The notes: a model not told the origin generated them from the sequence alone. A DNA stretch of 62,651 nt from Devosia sp. (GCA_029256605.1 JAQSXP010000001.1:1-62651); one strand, 5' to 3'; counted from the stretch's first letter, positions 27,424 to 38,039 are shown. Program-made: numbers and translations.

Positions 27424-28271
27424 ACCCCTTCCTGGAATGCGGCGGGTCGTACCGGCCGCGCCGCACCGGAACGGAAGGATTTGCGCCGGTCAAAGGAGGG
27501 CAGGGAGTTGATCAGCATCCTGGTGTATTCGTGCTGGGGATTGGCGAAGATGTCGCGCACCGAACCCGTTTCAACGAGCCTGCCCTTGTACATGACGCCC
27601 AGGCGCGTGACGAAATGGGCCATCAGGGCCATGTCGTGGCCGATGAGAATGACGGCGGCGCCGAGATCCTGCTGGACACGGCCAAGCGTGGCGAGCACCT
27701 GCTTTTGCACGATCACGTCAAGGGCGCTCGTGGGCTCGTCGGCCAGGATCAGCGAGGGCCTGAGGGCGATGCCCATGGCAATGCAGACGCGCTGCTTCAT
27801 GCCCCCCGATAGCTCATGCGGGTAGTGATGGCGCATCTCGGGCGCCAGCCCTACCTGCGTGAGAAGCTCGGAGATGATCGCGGCGCGCTGCCCCCGGTTG
27901 TGACGAACGCCATGATCATCGAAGATGTCGCCCATCTGCTCGCCAATGCGCAGCACCGGGTTTAGCGAGCTCATGGCGCCCTGCGGCACCAGCGAAATCT
28001 CCGCAAACCGCAGGCTGCGATACTCGGCATCCGACACCCCCGCGAGATCGCGCCCGTTGTGGCGCATCCCGCCCGAGCTCACCCGCCCGCCCCGCAGCAT
28101 GCGCATCAGCGCCAGGATGGTGGTGGACTTGCCCGAGCCGGACTCGCCCACCAGACCGAAGCGCTCGCCGCGGTTGAGCGAGAAGCTGACATCGTCGACG
28201 GCGCGAAACACGCCGCCCCTGGTGCCATAGTCGATGACCAGCTGGTCCACCTCAAGAACGGGCACGCTCAT
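27420..28271 (-). CDS. Oligopeptide-type ABC ATP-binding protein
   Basis: [21 protein letters not shown]; start MSVPVL. Confidence 0.92.
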   Translation of the reverse strand: MSVPVLEVDQLVIDYGTRGGVFRAVDDVSFSLNRGERFGLVGESGSGKSTTILALMRMLRGGRVSSGGMRHNGRDLAGVSDAEYRSLRFAEISLVPQGAMSSLNPVLRIGEQMGDIFDDHGVRHNRGQRAAIISELLTQVGLAPEMRHHYPHELSGGMKQRVCIAMGIALRPSLILADEPTSALDVIVQKQVLATLGRVQQDLGAAVILIGHDMALMAHFVTRLGVMYKGRLVETGSVRDIFANPQHEYTRMLINSLPSFDRRKSFRSGAARPVRPAAFQEGV

Positions 28272-29128
28272 CAAATAGCCCCCAGCCGCTTGTTGACAAA
28301 GGAATCCATCCCCGCCGAGGTCAGCATCAGACCCACAAAGATCGTAGCGATGGTCAGGATAGGCGGACCCCACCACCACCACATGCCGCGGATGATGGCG
28401 CCGTAGAACTGGGCCCAATAGATGGTCATGCCCAGCGTCAGCTCGTTTTGCGGTCCAAGGCCCAGTGCTTCAAGGCCCACCGTGGCGAGCATGGCATTGG
28501 AAACGGTGATCACGAAGCTGGCGGCGATAAAGGGCAGCAGGTTAGGCAGCACCTCGACGAACACGAGCTTGAGCCCCGATGTGCCGTTGAGGCGGGCCAC
28601 CTGCACATAGCCGCGCCCGCGTAGGGACAGGGTTTGCGCCCTGATGGTGCGGGCGGCCACCATCCAGGAGAGCGTGGCGACAATCACCGCCATCAGTTCC
28701 ACGGTCATTTCGCGGACATTGGCCGCGACCAGCACAAGAATGGCGATTCCAGGAATGGTCATCATTACGTCGGAGGCAAGACGGATCACGGTGTCCACCC
28801 AGCCGCCGACGAAGCCGGCGACCAGCCCGAGAGCCACCCCGACCGAGAGGCTGATCAAACCGGCGGTGAGACCGATGCGCAGGGTTTGCGGCATGGCGAG
28901 GATCATCACCGTGAACATGTCGCGGCCCTGCCCGTCGGTGCCGAACCAGTGTTCTGGCGTTGGCGGGGACCGGGGGATGGTCGAGCCGACGCGACTATTA
29001 GCGAAATCAACGAAAAACGGGCCCAACACGGCCAGAAGGCAGATGGCCAGCAACAGCGACAGCCCCAGCAACAGGGTCTTGTTGCGCGCGAGCTCGGCAG
29101 CGAAGGAGGAGAAGCGGCCCATCGTCAT
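28271..29128 (-). CDS. ABC permease (OppC-like)
   Basis: WFGTDGQGRD, WWWWGPP. Confidence 0.92.
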   Translation of the reverse strand: MTMGRFSSFAAELARNKTLLLGLSLLLAICLLAVLGPFFVDFANSRVGSTIPRSPPTPEHWFGTDGQGRDMFTVMILAMPQTLRIGLTAGLISLSVGVALGLVAGFVGGWVDTVIRLASDVMMTIPGIAILVLVAANVREMTVELMAVIVATLSWMVAARTIRAQTLSLRGRGYVQVARLNGTSGLKLVFVEVLPNLLPFIAASFVITVSNAMLATVGLEALGLGPQNELTLGMTIYWAQFYGAIIRGMWWWWGPPILTIATIFVGLMLTSAGMDSFVNKRLGAI

Positions 29129-30135
29129 TTTCCCTTCGCGATCCGCGGATCGATCAGCGGGTAGATCAAGTCGAGGATGAACATGGCGATGGCGATCGAA
29201 ACCGACAGCAGCAGCACGATGCCCTGGATCACGAAGTAATCCTTGGACTGGATCGCCTGATAGAGCCGGAAGCCAATGCCGGGATAGGAAAAGATGACCT
29301 CCACCAGAATGGCCCCGGAAACAATATGGCCCAGCGCCATGGCCAGCTTAGTCATCTGCGGCAGCAGGGCATTGCGCATCCCGTAGCGTAGGAAGATACG
29401 CCTAGGCCTGAGCCCCTTGGCGTCGGCCAGCGCGATATAGTCTTCGCCCAGCACCGACACCATCATGCCGCGCATTCCGATGGCCCAAGCGCCGATCTCG
29501 GCGATGATGATCGACAGGAGCGGCAGGGTGGCGTGCCACGCAATGGCACGGATGGATTCCAGGTTGAAGCCCGCGCTCATGCCGAACGGCATGCCCCCGC
29601 CGGCCGGGAAGAACCTGAAGACCACCGCAAAGAAGTAAAGCAGGATCATCCCGATCAGAAAGTAAGGGACGGAGGACAGCAGCAGGACGCCCGAGCCAAA
29701 GCTCTTGAGGAGCCGGGGACTGCGCGGCCAGCCCATTAGGCCGCCCAGCAAGGTGCCGATGGTGAAGCTGACCAGTGTCGCAAAGCCCAGCAGTCCTAGC
29801 GTCCAGGGCAGGCCGGCCAGAATGGCGTCACCCACCCGTTCGGGGTAGTTGGTGAGCGAAAAGCCCAGGTCGAGGCTGAACACCGACTGCCAATAGACCA
29901 AATATTGCGTGAAGATGGGCTGGTCGAGCCCGAACCGCGCCCGATAGGAGGCGACCATCGCGCCGACATCGCCCATGGCGCCGCCGCCCGAAGCCATCAA
30001 TTGGTTGAGCTGGTTTTCGATGGGATCGCCCGGCATCAGGCGCGGCAGGGCGAAATTGATCGACACCGCCAGAAAGACCACCAGCAGCATGATGCCGAAC
30101 CGGCGGGCGACATAGTCCCAATAACTCGCTGTCAT
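29125..30135 (-). CDS. ABC permease (OppB-like)
   Basis: PRLMPGDP, FGLDQP, EVIFSYPGIG. Confidence 0.92.
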   Translation of the reverse strand: MTASYWDYVARRFGIMLLVVFLAVSINFALPRLMPGDPIENQLNQLMASGGGAMGDVGAMVASYRARFGLDQPIFTQYLVYWQSVFSLDLGFSLTNYPERVGDAILAGLPWTLGLLGFATLVSFTIGTLLGGLMGWPRSPRLLKSFGSGVLLLSSVPYFLIGMILLYFFAVVFRFFPAGGGMPFGMSAGFNLESIRAIAWHATLPLLSIIIAEIGAWAIGMRGMMVSVLGEDYIALADAKGLRPRRIFLRYGMRNALLPQMTKLAMALGHIVSGAILVEVIFSYPGIGFRLYQAIQSKDYFVIQGIVLLLSVSIAIAMFILDLIYPLIDPRIAKGK

Positions 30136-30144
30136 CGCGTCCGC

Positions 30145-31335
30145 CTATGCCCGCATCGCTTCAAGCAGGTCTTGGGTAAGGCCCAGCCCGAATCCGGGCG
30201 CGTTATTGGGGACTAGGTGGCCATTCTCCGGCACGGCCATCCCGGGAAACACCAAGGTTTCCTTGAGTGGCACCCCGGCACCGGCGCCCACGAAATACTC
30301 CCCCCAGCGCACATTGGCATTGGCAAAGCTGAAGTGCTGCCCATAGGGGGTGTTCATGCCGGCATGCAGCATCACTTCGATGCCGGATGCCTCGGCCAGG
30401 TGGTTGATGCGCTGGCAGGCGGTGAAGCCGCCCACCCAGCAGATATCGGGCTGGAAGATGTCAACGAGCCCCCGCTTGGCGGCGTGGGCAAACGGAAACT
30501 GGGTGTACCAGTGCTCGCCGGTCGCCAACGAAATGAAGGGCACGCGGCTGCGCAGGGTTTCGTGGGCGTCCAAATTGTCGGGGTTGAGACAATCCTCAAT
30601 CCAGCGCAGGCCCAGGGGGCGCAGGCGTTCCGCCAAGCGGACGGCGAATTCCACGTCAAAGGCCATCCAGCAGTCCAACATCAGCTCGACATCCGGACCG
30701 ATAAGTTCGCGGGTCCTGGCGACGAGGTCCTCGTTTTTCGAGAGGGCGTCGAGACCATCGAACAGGCCGTAAGGGCAGGCCAGCTTGGTGGCGTTGAAGC
30801 CCAGCTCCATGTGCCATTCGGTGTCGTTTCCGGTGGCATAGCAGAACTGGCTGTCGCGCACGGGGCCGCCGGCGAGTTCATAAACCGGGGTCTTGAGCAG
30901 CTTTCCCTTGAGATCCCACAGCGCCAGGTCGACGGCGCTGATGGCATAGGATGCCAGCCCACCCGAGCCATAAGGCATGGATATGCGCATCATCATGTCC
31001 CACACCCGGTCGGTGGCCATGGCGTTCTCGCCGACAAGCAATGGCGCGAAGTGCTCGTTGATGAGGCTGATCACGGGCTGGCCGTTGCGGGTGACGCCAA
31101 AGCCGGTAGTGCCGTCATCGGCGGTGACCAGACAGCCCACCGGGCCATCATAGCGCCAGGTGGAGCGCAGTTTCTTGAATCGCCGATAGCCCGACATCGG
31201 CCCGGCAACCTCCGCGCCAGCCGTCCAGGGTGGACGCTTAGGGGTGGTCCTTTCGGTGCCCAGATCGCCCTTGTAGAGGGCCCCCACCATCTCATTGCGG
31301 ATGGCAAAGGCTTGGATGCTCTGGATTTTGGCCAT
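30145..31335 (-). CDS. rhmD: L-rhamnonate dehydratase-like enolase superfamily enzyme
   Basis: EVAGPMSGY, YATGND, LMLDCWM, WIED, TGEHWYT, QPDICWVGG. Confidence 0.75.
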   Translation of the reverse strand: MAKIQSIQAFAIRNEMVGALYKGDLGTERTTPKRPPWTAGAEVAGPMSGYRRFKKLRSTWRYDGPVGCLVTADDGTTGFGVTRNGQPVISLINEHFAPLLVGENAMATDRVWDMMMRISMPYGSGGLASYAISAVDLALWDLKGKLLKTPVYELAGGPVRDSQFCYATGNDTEWHMELGFNATKLACPYGLFDGLDALSKNEDLVARTRELIGPDVELMLDCWMAFDVEFAVRLAERLRPLGLRWIEDCLNPDNLDAHETLRSRVPFISLATGEHWYTQFPFAHAAKRGLVDIFQPDICWVGGFTACQRINHLAEASGIEVMLHAGMNTPYGQHFSFANANVRWGEYFVGAGAGVPLKETLVFPGMAVPENGHLVPNNAPGFGLGLTQDLLEAMRA

Positions 31336-31374
31336 CAAGGATTACTCTCGGAGTGTTCGAATGCAGAAAGAGGA

Positions 31375-31399
31375 AAGGGGGCGGCCCTCCGCCCCCCTT
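31375..31399 (-). terminator. Hairpin after SBP gene (terminator or mRNA stabiliser)
   Basis: AAGGGGGCGG-CCCT-CCGCCCCCCTT with a T-rich tail on the minus strand. Confidence 0.55.
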
Positions 31400-31406
31400 G
31401 ATCGCC

Positions 31407-33188
31407 TCAGGGTTGGGTGGGCGTCAGGTTGTGGACCACCAGGGCGAAGCCTTCCCAGGGCAGGTATGGCGCGACATAGGGGTTTTCGGCGTTCGGATAG
31501 CCGGTCCAGTAGGTAGAGTTGAACACGAGGGTGTGGAATTCCTCGGCGAGCGAAATCTCCGGCAGGTCGCGGGCAAAGATCTCCGTGGCCTGCTTGACCA
31601 GTTCGACATAGTCCGCATTGTCCGGCGATGGCTGCATCTGCTCCATCTGGTCGAGAATGGCATCGAGCTCGGGATTGGCGTAACGCGTCGGCGCCCGCAG
31701 GTTCTTGGTGCTTTCCCCCGGAGCGGCGGCATATTTGGAGTGGAAGTGCTCCAGCGTCTGCCAGGGGTCGTAAAGGCTGCCGCAATGGGGCCCGACATTC
31801 ATCTGGAAATTGCCCGCAACCATTGCGTCCGTCAGTGCCGTGCCCTGCTGCACTGACAGCAGTGAATCGAAGCCAGCCGTCTGCAATTGCTGGGACAGCA
31901 CCGGGCCGATGGGATCGCCCTGAGCAACCTGCAGCTCGATCTGCAATGGAGTGCCATCCGCATTGGCCCATTTGCCATCGCCCGTCCGTGTGAAGCCCGC
32001 GCCTTCCATCAACTCGGCGACCTTCTCGCGGTCTTGCGTCTTCAAATCGGCGACGCCGGGCACTTCGGTGAGCTGATCCACATAGTCGACCAGGCCCTGA
32101 TAGGATGACATCGGCAGCACGGCTTCGGCAACCGAGCCCTCATAGGCCAGGTTCACCACTTGGTTGCGGTCCACTGCGGCATTGATGGCCTGGCGCAGGG
32201 CCACATTGTCGAAGGGCGCCTGTTGGGTGTTGAAGCGGATGGCGAAGGTGCAGCCATCGGGCGCGCCCCAGACCGGCCCCTCCGCATTCCATGACACCAG
32301 GCCTTGGTTCTGGAAGCGGATCGCTTCGAACTGCCCGGGCTGGATTGAGCGGCCCATGTCGATCTGGTTGCCGGCAAAAAGCTGCGGCATGGCTTCTTGG
32401 GTGGCTGGAACGTAAACGACGCGCTGCACCTGCGGCATGGCCTTGGCAACGCCCGCATCGGCCGCCCACCAGCTGTCGCGCAGATCATAGATCACCGAAC
32501 TGGCATCGGCCTTGACCAGCTTGAATGGCCCGGTGCCCACTGGCCAGCCCTTTTCCAAGTCAAGGTTGTTAAAGGTCATCGGGTCCTGACCTTCCCAGAT
32601 ATGCTTGGGCACCACAATGAAGCGAGTCGACTGACCCGTGGCGAGGAAATCGGCAGCCCAGCGTGGGCCGGCCTTGTTCAGCGTGACCTTGACGGTCAGG
32701 GGATCCACGATTTCGGCCGATTTTACCCATTCGGCAATGGCTGAGGAGAACATCAGGTCCGGCGCGGCGGCCTTGAGCATGTCGAAGGTGAAGGCAACGT
32801 CCTCGGCATCTAGGGCTTCACCATCGCTCCACTTGACCCCATCGCGCAGCTTGATGGTGATCTCGGTGAAGTCGTCGTTATAGGTGTAGCCCTCGGCTTG
32901 CCAGGGGATCAGCTCGTTGGTGTTGTGGTTGGTATAGAACAGCGCTTCGTTGACCGTGTAGTGCAGGCTGTTGCGCTGGTGCAGCAGCACGCCGGCATAG
33001 GGATTGAAATTTTCGGGCGCCGGAACCTGATTGTGGAAATCCCAGCCCTGACTGATCAGCGTCCGGTTGCGCGGCACATCCGGAAGCGATTGCGCGCTGG
33101 CAAGGCTGGTGCCCATCATCAGTCCTGCAAGCGCGCTGGCGCCCGCAACCCGGAACAATCGCCGTCCCAGATTTGGTTTGGTGCTCAT
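31407..33188 (-). CDS. ABC substrate-binding protein family 5 (oligosaccharide-type)
   Basis: RRLFRV signal, VPRNRTL, LRDGVKWSDG, PVGTGPF, YWTGYP. Confidence 0.92.
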   Translation of the reverse strand: MSTKPNLGRRLFRVAGASALAGLMMGTSLASAQSLPDVPRNRTLISQGWDFHNQVPAPENFNPYAGVLLHQRNSLHYTVNEALFYTNHNTNELIPWQAEGYTYNDDFTEITIKLRDGVKWSDGEALDAEDVAFTFDMLKAAAPDLMFSSAIAEWVKSAEIVDPLTVKVTLNKAGPRWAADFLATGQSTRFIVVPKHIWEGQDPMTFNNLDLEKGWPVGTGPFKLVKADASSVIYDLRDSWWAADAGVAKAMPQVQRVVYVPATQEAMPQLFAGNQIDMGRSIQPGQFEAIRFQNQGLVSWNAEGPVWGAPDGCTFAIRFNTQQAPFDNVALRQAINAAVDRNQVVNLAYEGSVAEAVLPMSSYQGLVDYVDQLTEVPGVADLKTQDREKVAELMEGAGFTRTGDGKWANADGTPLQIELQVAQGDPIGPVLSQQLQTAGFDSLLSVQQGTALTDAMVAGNFQMNVGPHCGSLYDPWQTLEHFHSKYAAAPGESTKNLRAPTRYANPELDAILDQMEQMQPSPDNADYVELVKQATEIFARDLPEISLAEEFHTLVFNSTYWTGYPNAENPYVAPYLPWEGFALVVHNLTPTQP

Positions 33189-33257
33189 AGTTTCCTCCCA
33201 GTTGGTGCATCGGGCTTGCCCCTTTGCGGTTGCAGTCTGGCCTTGGGTCCGTTGGCC

Positions 33258-33587
33258 TTAGGCCGTTAGGTGAAAGACATGCTCGATCGGTTCGTGCCTT
33301 GGCCGATCGCCATCCATTTCAAGGATGTCGGCCATGAACAGCCGCCAGCGCAGGATCACCGGGTCGGCCGGCGCCGATGAATCCGGCGCATGCCGGCGCA
33401 GGATATGGCCGAAGACGCGGCGGCTCGGCTCATGCAGGAAGATGTCATAGTGTAGGATGCCGGAGGCCTTGAGCGCGGTCACCATCTCGGGCCAGATTTC
33501 GGCATGGCGGCGGCGATACTCGGCGATGCGGCTAGGCTGGATCGTGAGGATGAACGCTTCGCTGTGCAGGCCCGCCAAATCGCTCAT
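33258..33587 (-). CDS. rhaM: L-rhamnose mutarotase
   Basis: EYRRRHAEIWPEM, GILHYDIFL, RW..MADI, VFHL. Confidence 0.85.
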   Translation of the reverse strand: MSDLAGLHSEAFILTIQPSRIAEYRRRHAEIWPEMVTALKASGILHYDIFLHEPSRRVFGHILRRHAPDSSAPADPVILRWRLFMADILEMDGDRPRHEPIEHVFHLTA

Positions 33588-34678
33588 TTGGTCCCGTCCG
33601 ATGCAATCTGAACGGGCGCGCCGTTCGCCTGGCTCGATGCGAGCATCGCCGCGATCGTGGCAGTGGTGCGGGCCCCGATATCCCCCGGTGACAGGTTTTG
33701 CCCGCGCCCAAGGGCGAGGTCGACCAGGGCGTCCACCGGTCCCTTGCAGTTGTAGATCCAGGTACCGGGCGCGATAGCCACCACCTCGTTGCGCCCGTCA
33801 TAGCGCCGGATTTCGCAGAAATCCCGGTCGAGCTCGACCACCATGATGCCTTCGGAGCCCGTTAGGAAGAAGCGCATGAGACCGCGATTGCCCTGGGGCA
33901 TGGCGGCAGCGCCCGAGATGGCGACAACGGCGCCGTTGCTGAGCCGGAGGGCGGCCGAATTGGCCAGATCGACCCCCTCGTGCAGGAGGCTGTTGGCCGA
34001 AACGGCCACCGGGTGGAGCCCGGTTAGAAAATACAGCAAGGCCAAGGAATGAGACAACTGGCCAAAGGCAAAGCCGCCGCCCCGCGAAGGGTCCTGCCAG
34101 GTAGACCGGTCGGGCCGGAAAAACGAGGTCTGCCAGGACCCGAGGCCCTGGTCGCCGGCAAACACATCCCGCGTGGCGGAGATGAAGCTCGTCATGACGT
34201 GCTCGATACGGCCGATCGCGCCATCGGCTAGGCGCTGCCGCAGGACATCGATCTGATCGAGATAGTTGTAACCGTTGGCCAAGAGGAGGTGCCGATCACG
34301 AGCACGGGCGATGCGCACCAGTTCCCAGGCTTGGTCCGGATCAAGGGTCATCGGCTTTTCACACAGCACATGGGCGCCCCCTTCGAGCGCTGCCCGGGCG
34401 TGCTCGAAGTGCAGGTTATGGGGCGATGCGACGACCACGAGGTCGGGTTTACGGGCGAGCACCGGGCCGGCAGCTTCAGATGCGAAGCGAAAGCCGAAAT
34501 GGGCGCGTACGCGCTCGAGCTCGCTCGCCCCGAGCCTGCACACACCGTCCAGCTCGACGTCGGCGCGACTGGCAAGTGCGGGGATATGGTTCTGCGCGGC
34601 ATACCAGCCAGCGCCGATAACGGAAGCACGCAGGCGTTTGTCGCTAATCTCTAACCCCCTTATGTTAGCGCTGTCCAT
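33584..34678 (-). CDS. Gfo/Idh/MocA family oxidoreductase
   Basis: IGAGWYA, SPHNLH, CEKPM; start uncertain (ATG 34678 or ATT 34648). Confidence 0.88.
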   Translation of the reverse strand: MDSANIRGLEISDKRLRASVIGAGWYAAQNHIPALASRADVELDGVCRLGASELERVRAHFGFRFASEAAGPVLARKPDLVVVASPHNLHFEHARAALEGGAHVLCEKPMTLDPDQAWELVRIARARDRHLLLANGYNYLDQIDVLRQRLADGAIGRIEHVMTSFISATRDVFAGDQGLGSWQTSFFRPDRSTWQDPSRGGGFAFGQLSHSLALLYFLTGLHPVAVSANSLLHEGVDLANSAALRLSNGAVVAISGAAAMPQGNRGLMRFFLTGSEGIMVVELDRDFCEIRRYDGRNEVVAIAPGTWIYNCKGPVDALVDLALGRGQNLSPGDIGARTTATIAAMLASSQANGAPVQIASDGTK

Positions 34679-34797
34679 TTCCGCGCTAGTTGAAAATCTG
34701 ATCTGTCCCCGGCACACCAAGAACACGACGCAGCCGTTGCGGCAGCAGCCGCCTTCACGTAGAAGGATGCAGGATAGCCCTTGGTTAGCGCTGTCCA
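34662..34797. promoter_or_regulatory. Two LacI-type operators
   Basis: GTTAGCGCTGTCCA at 34664-34677 and 34784-34797 (AGCGCT core, 120 bp apart), upstream of the divergent LacI gene. Confidence 0.7.
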
Positions 34798-34815
34798 CAA
34801 CCGAGAGTTATCACC

Positions 34816-35865
34816 GTGCCTGATCACCCGTCAAGCGATGCCAAAGCAACTCATGCTGAAGTTGAACTCTCCGCGGTCCGGCTCCAGGAAGTGGCCGAGG
34901 CGGCTGGCGTATCGACGATAACGGTCTCGCGCTGCATCAACAATCCGGCCCGAGTTTCCGAAAAAACCCGCGAGCACGTGCTCAAGATAGCCAACCGCAT
35001 GGGCTATATCCCCAACCGGCTTGCATCGAGCCTAGCTTCGGCGCGGTCCATGGTCATCGGCGTCGTCGTGCCGACGATCGCCAACCCCATTCACGGCATG
35101 GTGTTGCAAGGCGTAGCCGATATCCTGGAGCCGGCGGGCTACCAGGTCCTCTTGGGCAATTCGCATTTTTCCAAGAGAAGCGAGTTCGAGCTGGTGCGCA
35201 CCTTTCTGGGGCACCGTGTCGACGGCATCCTGCTGACCGGACGCGATCACTCGGAGGAATGCCTGGACTTGCTGGCCCGCTCCCGCACCCCGATGGTCGA
35301 GATGTTCGACCACAATCCCGAGCCACCCGACATGGCCGTGGGCTCTTCGAATTTCGATGCCGGTGCGTCGCTCGGGCAATATCTGATCGCGCGCGGGCGT
35401 CGCTATTTCGCCTATGTCGGCCATACCGGGCTGGATGACAGCCGCATGATCGCGCGCTTGCAGGGGCTGACCAAGGTTTGCGAAGCGGCAGGGCTGGCGC
35501 CGCCTCGGCACTACGAGATTGCGAGCGATCCCGGCACCGGGACCGGCGGCGAAGTGGTCGGCACCATTCTGCGCGAAGTGCCCGAGATCGATGCTGTGGT
35601 CTTTGCCGGTCACCAGGTGGCGGTGAGCGCCATCCGCTATTCGGTGGATGTGGGGATTGCGGTGCCCCAGCGCCTCGCCATCGCGGGTTTTGGCGATTCC
35701 CCCATCGCCAAGTGGATCACGCCATCACTGACCACGGTGCGATTTCCGGTGCGGGAAAACGGCATCGAGGCGGGCAAGTTGATGCTGGGGCGACTGCAGG
35801 GCAAGCCGTGCAAGCAGCGCTCGATCCGGCTAGGATTTGAGATTTTAGGTCGCGATAGTGCCTGA
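34816..35865 (+). CDS. LacI family transcriptional regulator
   Basis: LQEVAEAAGVSTITVSR, GYIPNRLASSL, PSLTTV. Confidence 0.93.
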   Translation: MPDHPSSDAKATHAEVELSAVRLQEVAEAAGVSTITVSRCINNPARVSEKTREHVLKIANRMGYIPNRLASSLASARSMVIGVVVPTIANPIHGMVLQGVADILEPAGYQVLLGNSHFSKRSEFELVRTFLGHRVDGILLTGRDHSEECLDLLARSRTPMVEMFDHNPEPPDMAVGSSNFDAGASLGQYLIARGRRYFAYVGHTGLDDSRMIARLQGLTKVCEAAGLAPPRHYEIASDPGTGTGGEVVGTILREVPEIDAVVFAGHQVAVSAIRYSVDVGIAVPQRLAIAGFGDSPIAKWITPSLTTVRFPVRENGIEAGKLMLGRLQGKPCKQRSIRLGFEILGRDSA

Positions 35866-36048
35866 TAACCTTTTGTGCGCGGCCCCGGTTAACCCTGCCC
35901 TCCGCCGCGTTGAACGCGCCAGAACGCCTCTGGCTAGAAGCTATACGGCAGCGGCTGCCTGCGGCTCGCCCCGGTCCAAAGAAAGGGCCCTGGATAACCA
36001 CTCCAGCGCTTCGAGGCGGCATCTAGCTCAACCGAATGCACCGGTGAT

Positions 36049-36747
36049 CTACGTGGCCATGCTTGCGTGTTGAGGTGCATAGGACATGGCCATGCGCGCC
36101 AGCAACCTGTCGCGTGCAGACGTGACATGGGCAAAAACGGCATGCTCCGCCGCCTCCGGGTCGCGCACTTCCATAGCTTGAATGATCATCTCGTGCTCGT
36201 CGATCACGGTCTCAAACACGTCAGGGGTGTAGCCGCCCAAACTGTCCGCCACCGTGCGGACAACCCGCGTTCTTCCCTCGAGCAGGAATTCTGCCTCCGG
36301 GTTACGAGCGATCGCGTAGATGCGCTTGTGGAACTCGATGTTTTCGCGTGAGGCTACCATGGGCTTGCCTTCCCGAATAAGGGCGTTCAGCTCTTCATGC
36401 ATTCGGCGCAGGTTGGTGACGTCGGCGTCGGTAGCTTTTTCGACCGCGCGGTGGGCGAGCATCGATTCGATCCCTACGCGGATGTCGTAGATGTTGCGAA
36501 TGTAGTCTTCGGTGATGGCCTCTATGCGGAAACCCTTGTGAGCCAAGGAATGAAGGATCCCTTCACCCTCTAGCTGCCGAAGCGCCTCCCGCACAGGCAT
36601 GTGGCTGACCGCATAGCGATTGGTAAGTGACTCGATGGTGACGTGCATGCCGGGGACGAGCTCACCTGCCACAAGATCAGCGATGATCGCGCGCTTAACC
36701 CTGAGATAGGTCGGCTCGTTGAGTGGAAGTCCGGGGAGTGAGGTCAT
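36049..36747 (-). CDS. GntR (FCD) family regulator
   Basis: VSHMPVREAL, NIEFH, EHEMI. Confidence 0.92.
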   Translation of the reverse strand: MTSLPGLPLNEPTYLRVKRAIIADLVAGELVPGMHVTIESLTNRYAVSHMPVREALRQLEGEGILHSLAHKGFRIEAITEDYIRNIYDIRVGIESMLAHRAVEKATDADVTNLRRMHEELNALIREGKPMVASRENIEFHKRIYAIARNPEAEFLLEGRTRVVRTVADSLGGYTPDVFETVIDEHEMIIQAMEVRDPEAAEHAVFAHVTSARDRLLARMAMSYAPQHASMAT

Positions 36748-36808
36748 TTCCTAAGTCCGCGTGTGGTCTTGGCTATGTTCTAGCCAACCCGGATCCAGCC
36801 ATCAAGGG

Positions 36809-36853
36809 ATTTGCGCAAATAGCACATTGACCAAGTGATATATTTGCGCAAAT
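36809..36853. promoter_or_regulatory. Tandem palindromic operators
   Basis: ATTTGCGCAAAT at 36809-36820 and 36842-36853 flanking TTGACC. Confidence 0.7.
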
Positions 36854-36909
36854 GTCGGAGCAGGATGAAGAGGGTCCATAAGGCCCCGTCCCACATGAGG
36901 AGATTACTG

Positions 36910-38028
36910 ATGATAAAATCCGAAGATGCACGCCCGCTCGCGTCAGGACGTCGCTCGTTCCTTCGAGCGACGGTCGGCACAGCAATGCTGGCGATGTTCG
37001 TCGCTGTGCCAGCATTGGCCCAAGAGGCCAACCCCGAACTGGTAGCCGCAGCCCAGGCGGAAGGCACCCTGACCTTCTACCACACGACGGCTATCGACCC
37101 GACCGCGACGTGGACCGCCGCCTTTACGGAAAAATACGGCATCGAGACCCAGAACGTCCGCGGTCCTAGCTACCCACTGTTCGACCGCTGGCTAACCGAG
37201 GAGCGTGTCGGCCAGCACATCGCCGACGTTATCCAGATTACGGACACGGTGCTGATCGAAGCAGCGCACGACGAAGGCTTGATCGCCGACTACACGCCTG
37301 CCTCTGGCGAGGGCATTCGCCCCGAGATGAAGAAGGAAGGGGTCTGGTACACCGCTTTCGTCAATGCCATGGGCATTGCCTGGAACACGGATCGCGTTAC
37401 TCCCGAGGAGGAGCAGATGATCCTCGAGCAGGGCTGGGATACCCTTAAGGATCTCCGCTGGAAGGGCCGCATCGCAACCGGCACGCCAGCGTCGGGCGGC
37501 TCGAGCTATTCATATGTCTACATGTTTCTGGGCGGCGAACGCGACACGTTCGGTCCTGACTTCGTCAAGGCCATGGCAGCCTTAGAACCGCAGGTCTACG
37601 ACAGCAAGTCTCCGATGTACGACCGTCTCGCCGCAGGCGAGCACTCTATCGTCGACCAGGCATCGCAGAGCGACATGGGCGGCTTCTATCTGTCTGGGGC
37701 CCCCGTGCGCTGGACCTTCCCTTCGCCCACCCCCGCCAACCTGACGGTCCAGACCATCTCCGCCAATGCCCCGCACCCGAACGCAGCCAAGCTGTTCCAG
37801 GAATGGGCGATGAGTTCCGAGGGCCAGGCTGCCTGGTTCGAGGTCGCCGGTGTCCTATCCGCCCGCGAAGATACGGTGGATCCACGCAAGACGAACGGCA
37901 CCGACTGGTACGCCGAGCCTTGGTATTCCGATCCTGAAAACCTCTACATCGACTACCTGGCAGACCCTGGCTACGTGGACCCTGCCAAGCCGATCATCGC
38001 CGAGTGGAACACCATATTCCAGCGCTGA
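36910..38028 (+). CDS. ABC substrate-binding protein (FbpA/AfuA-like, Tat signal)
   Basis: SGRRSFL, AAQAEGTL, APHPNAAKLF. Confidence 0.88.
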   Translation: MIKSEDARPLASGRRSFLRATVGTAMLAMFVAVPALAQEANPELVAAAQAEGTLTFYHTTAIDPTATWTAAFTEKYGIETQNVRGPSYPLFDRWLTEERVGQHIADVIQITDTVLIEAAHDEGLIADYTPASGEGIRPEMKKEGVWYTAFVNAMGIAWNTDRVTPEEEQMILEQGWDTLKDLRWKGRIATGTPASGGSSYSYVYMFLGGERDTFGPDFVKAMAALEPQVYDSKSPMYDRLAAGEHSIVDQASQSDMGGFYLSGAPVRWTFPSPTPANLTVQTISANAPHPNAAKLFQEWAMSSEGQAAWFEVAGVLSAREDTVDPRKTNGTDWYAEPWYSDPENLYIDYLADPGYVDPAKPIIAEWNTIFQR

Positions 38029-38039
38029 GGAAGCATTGA

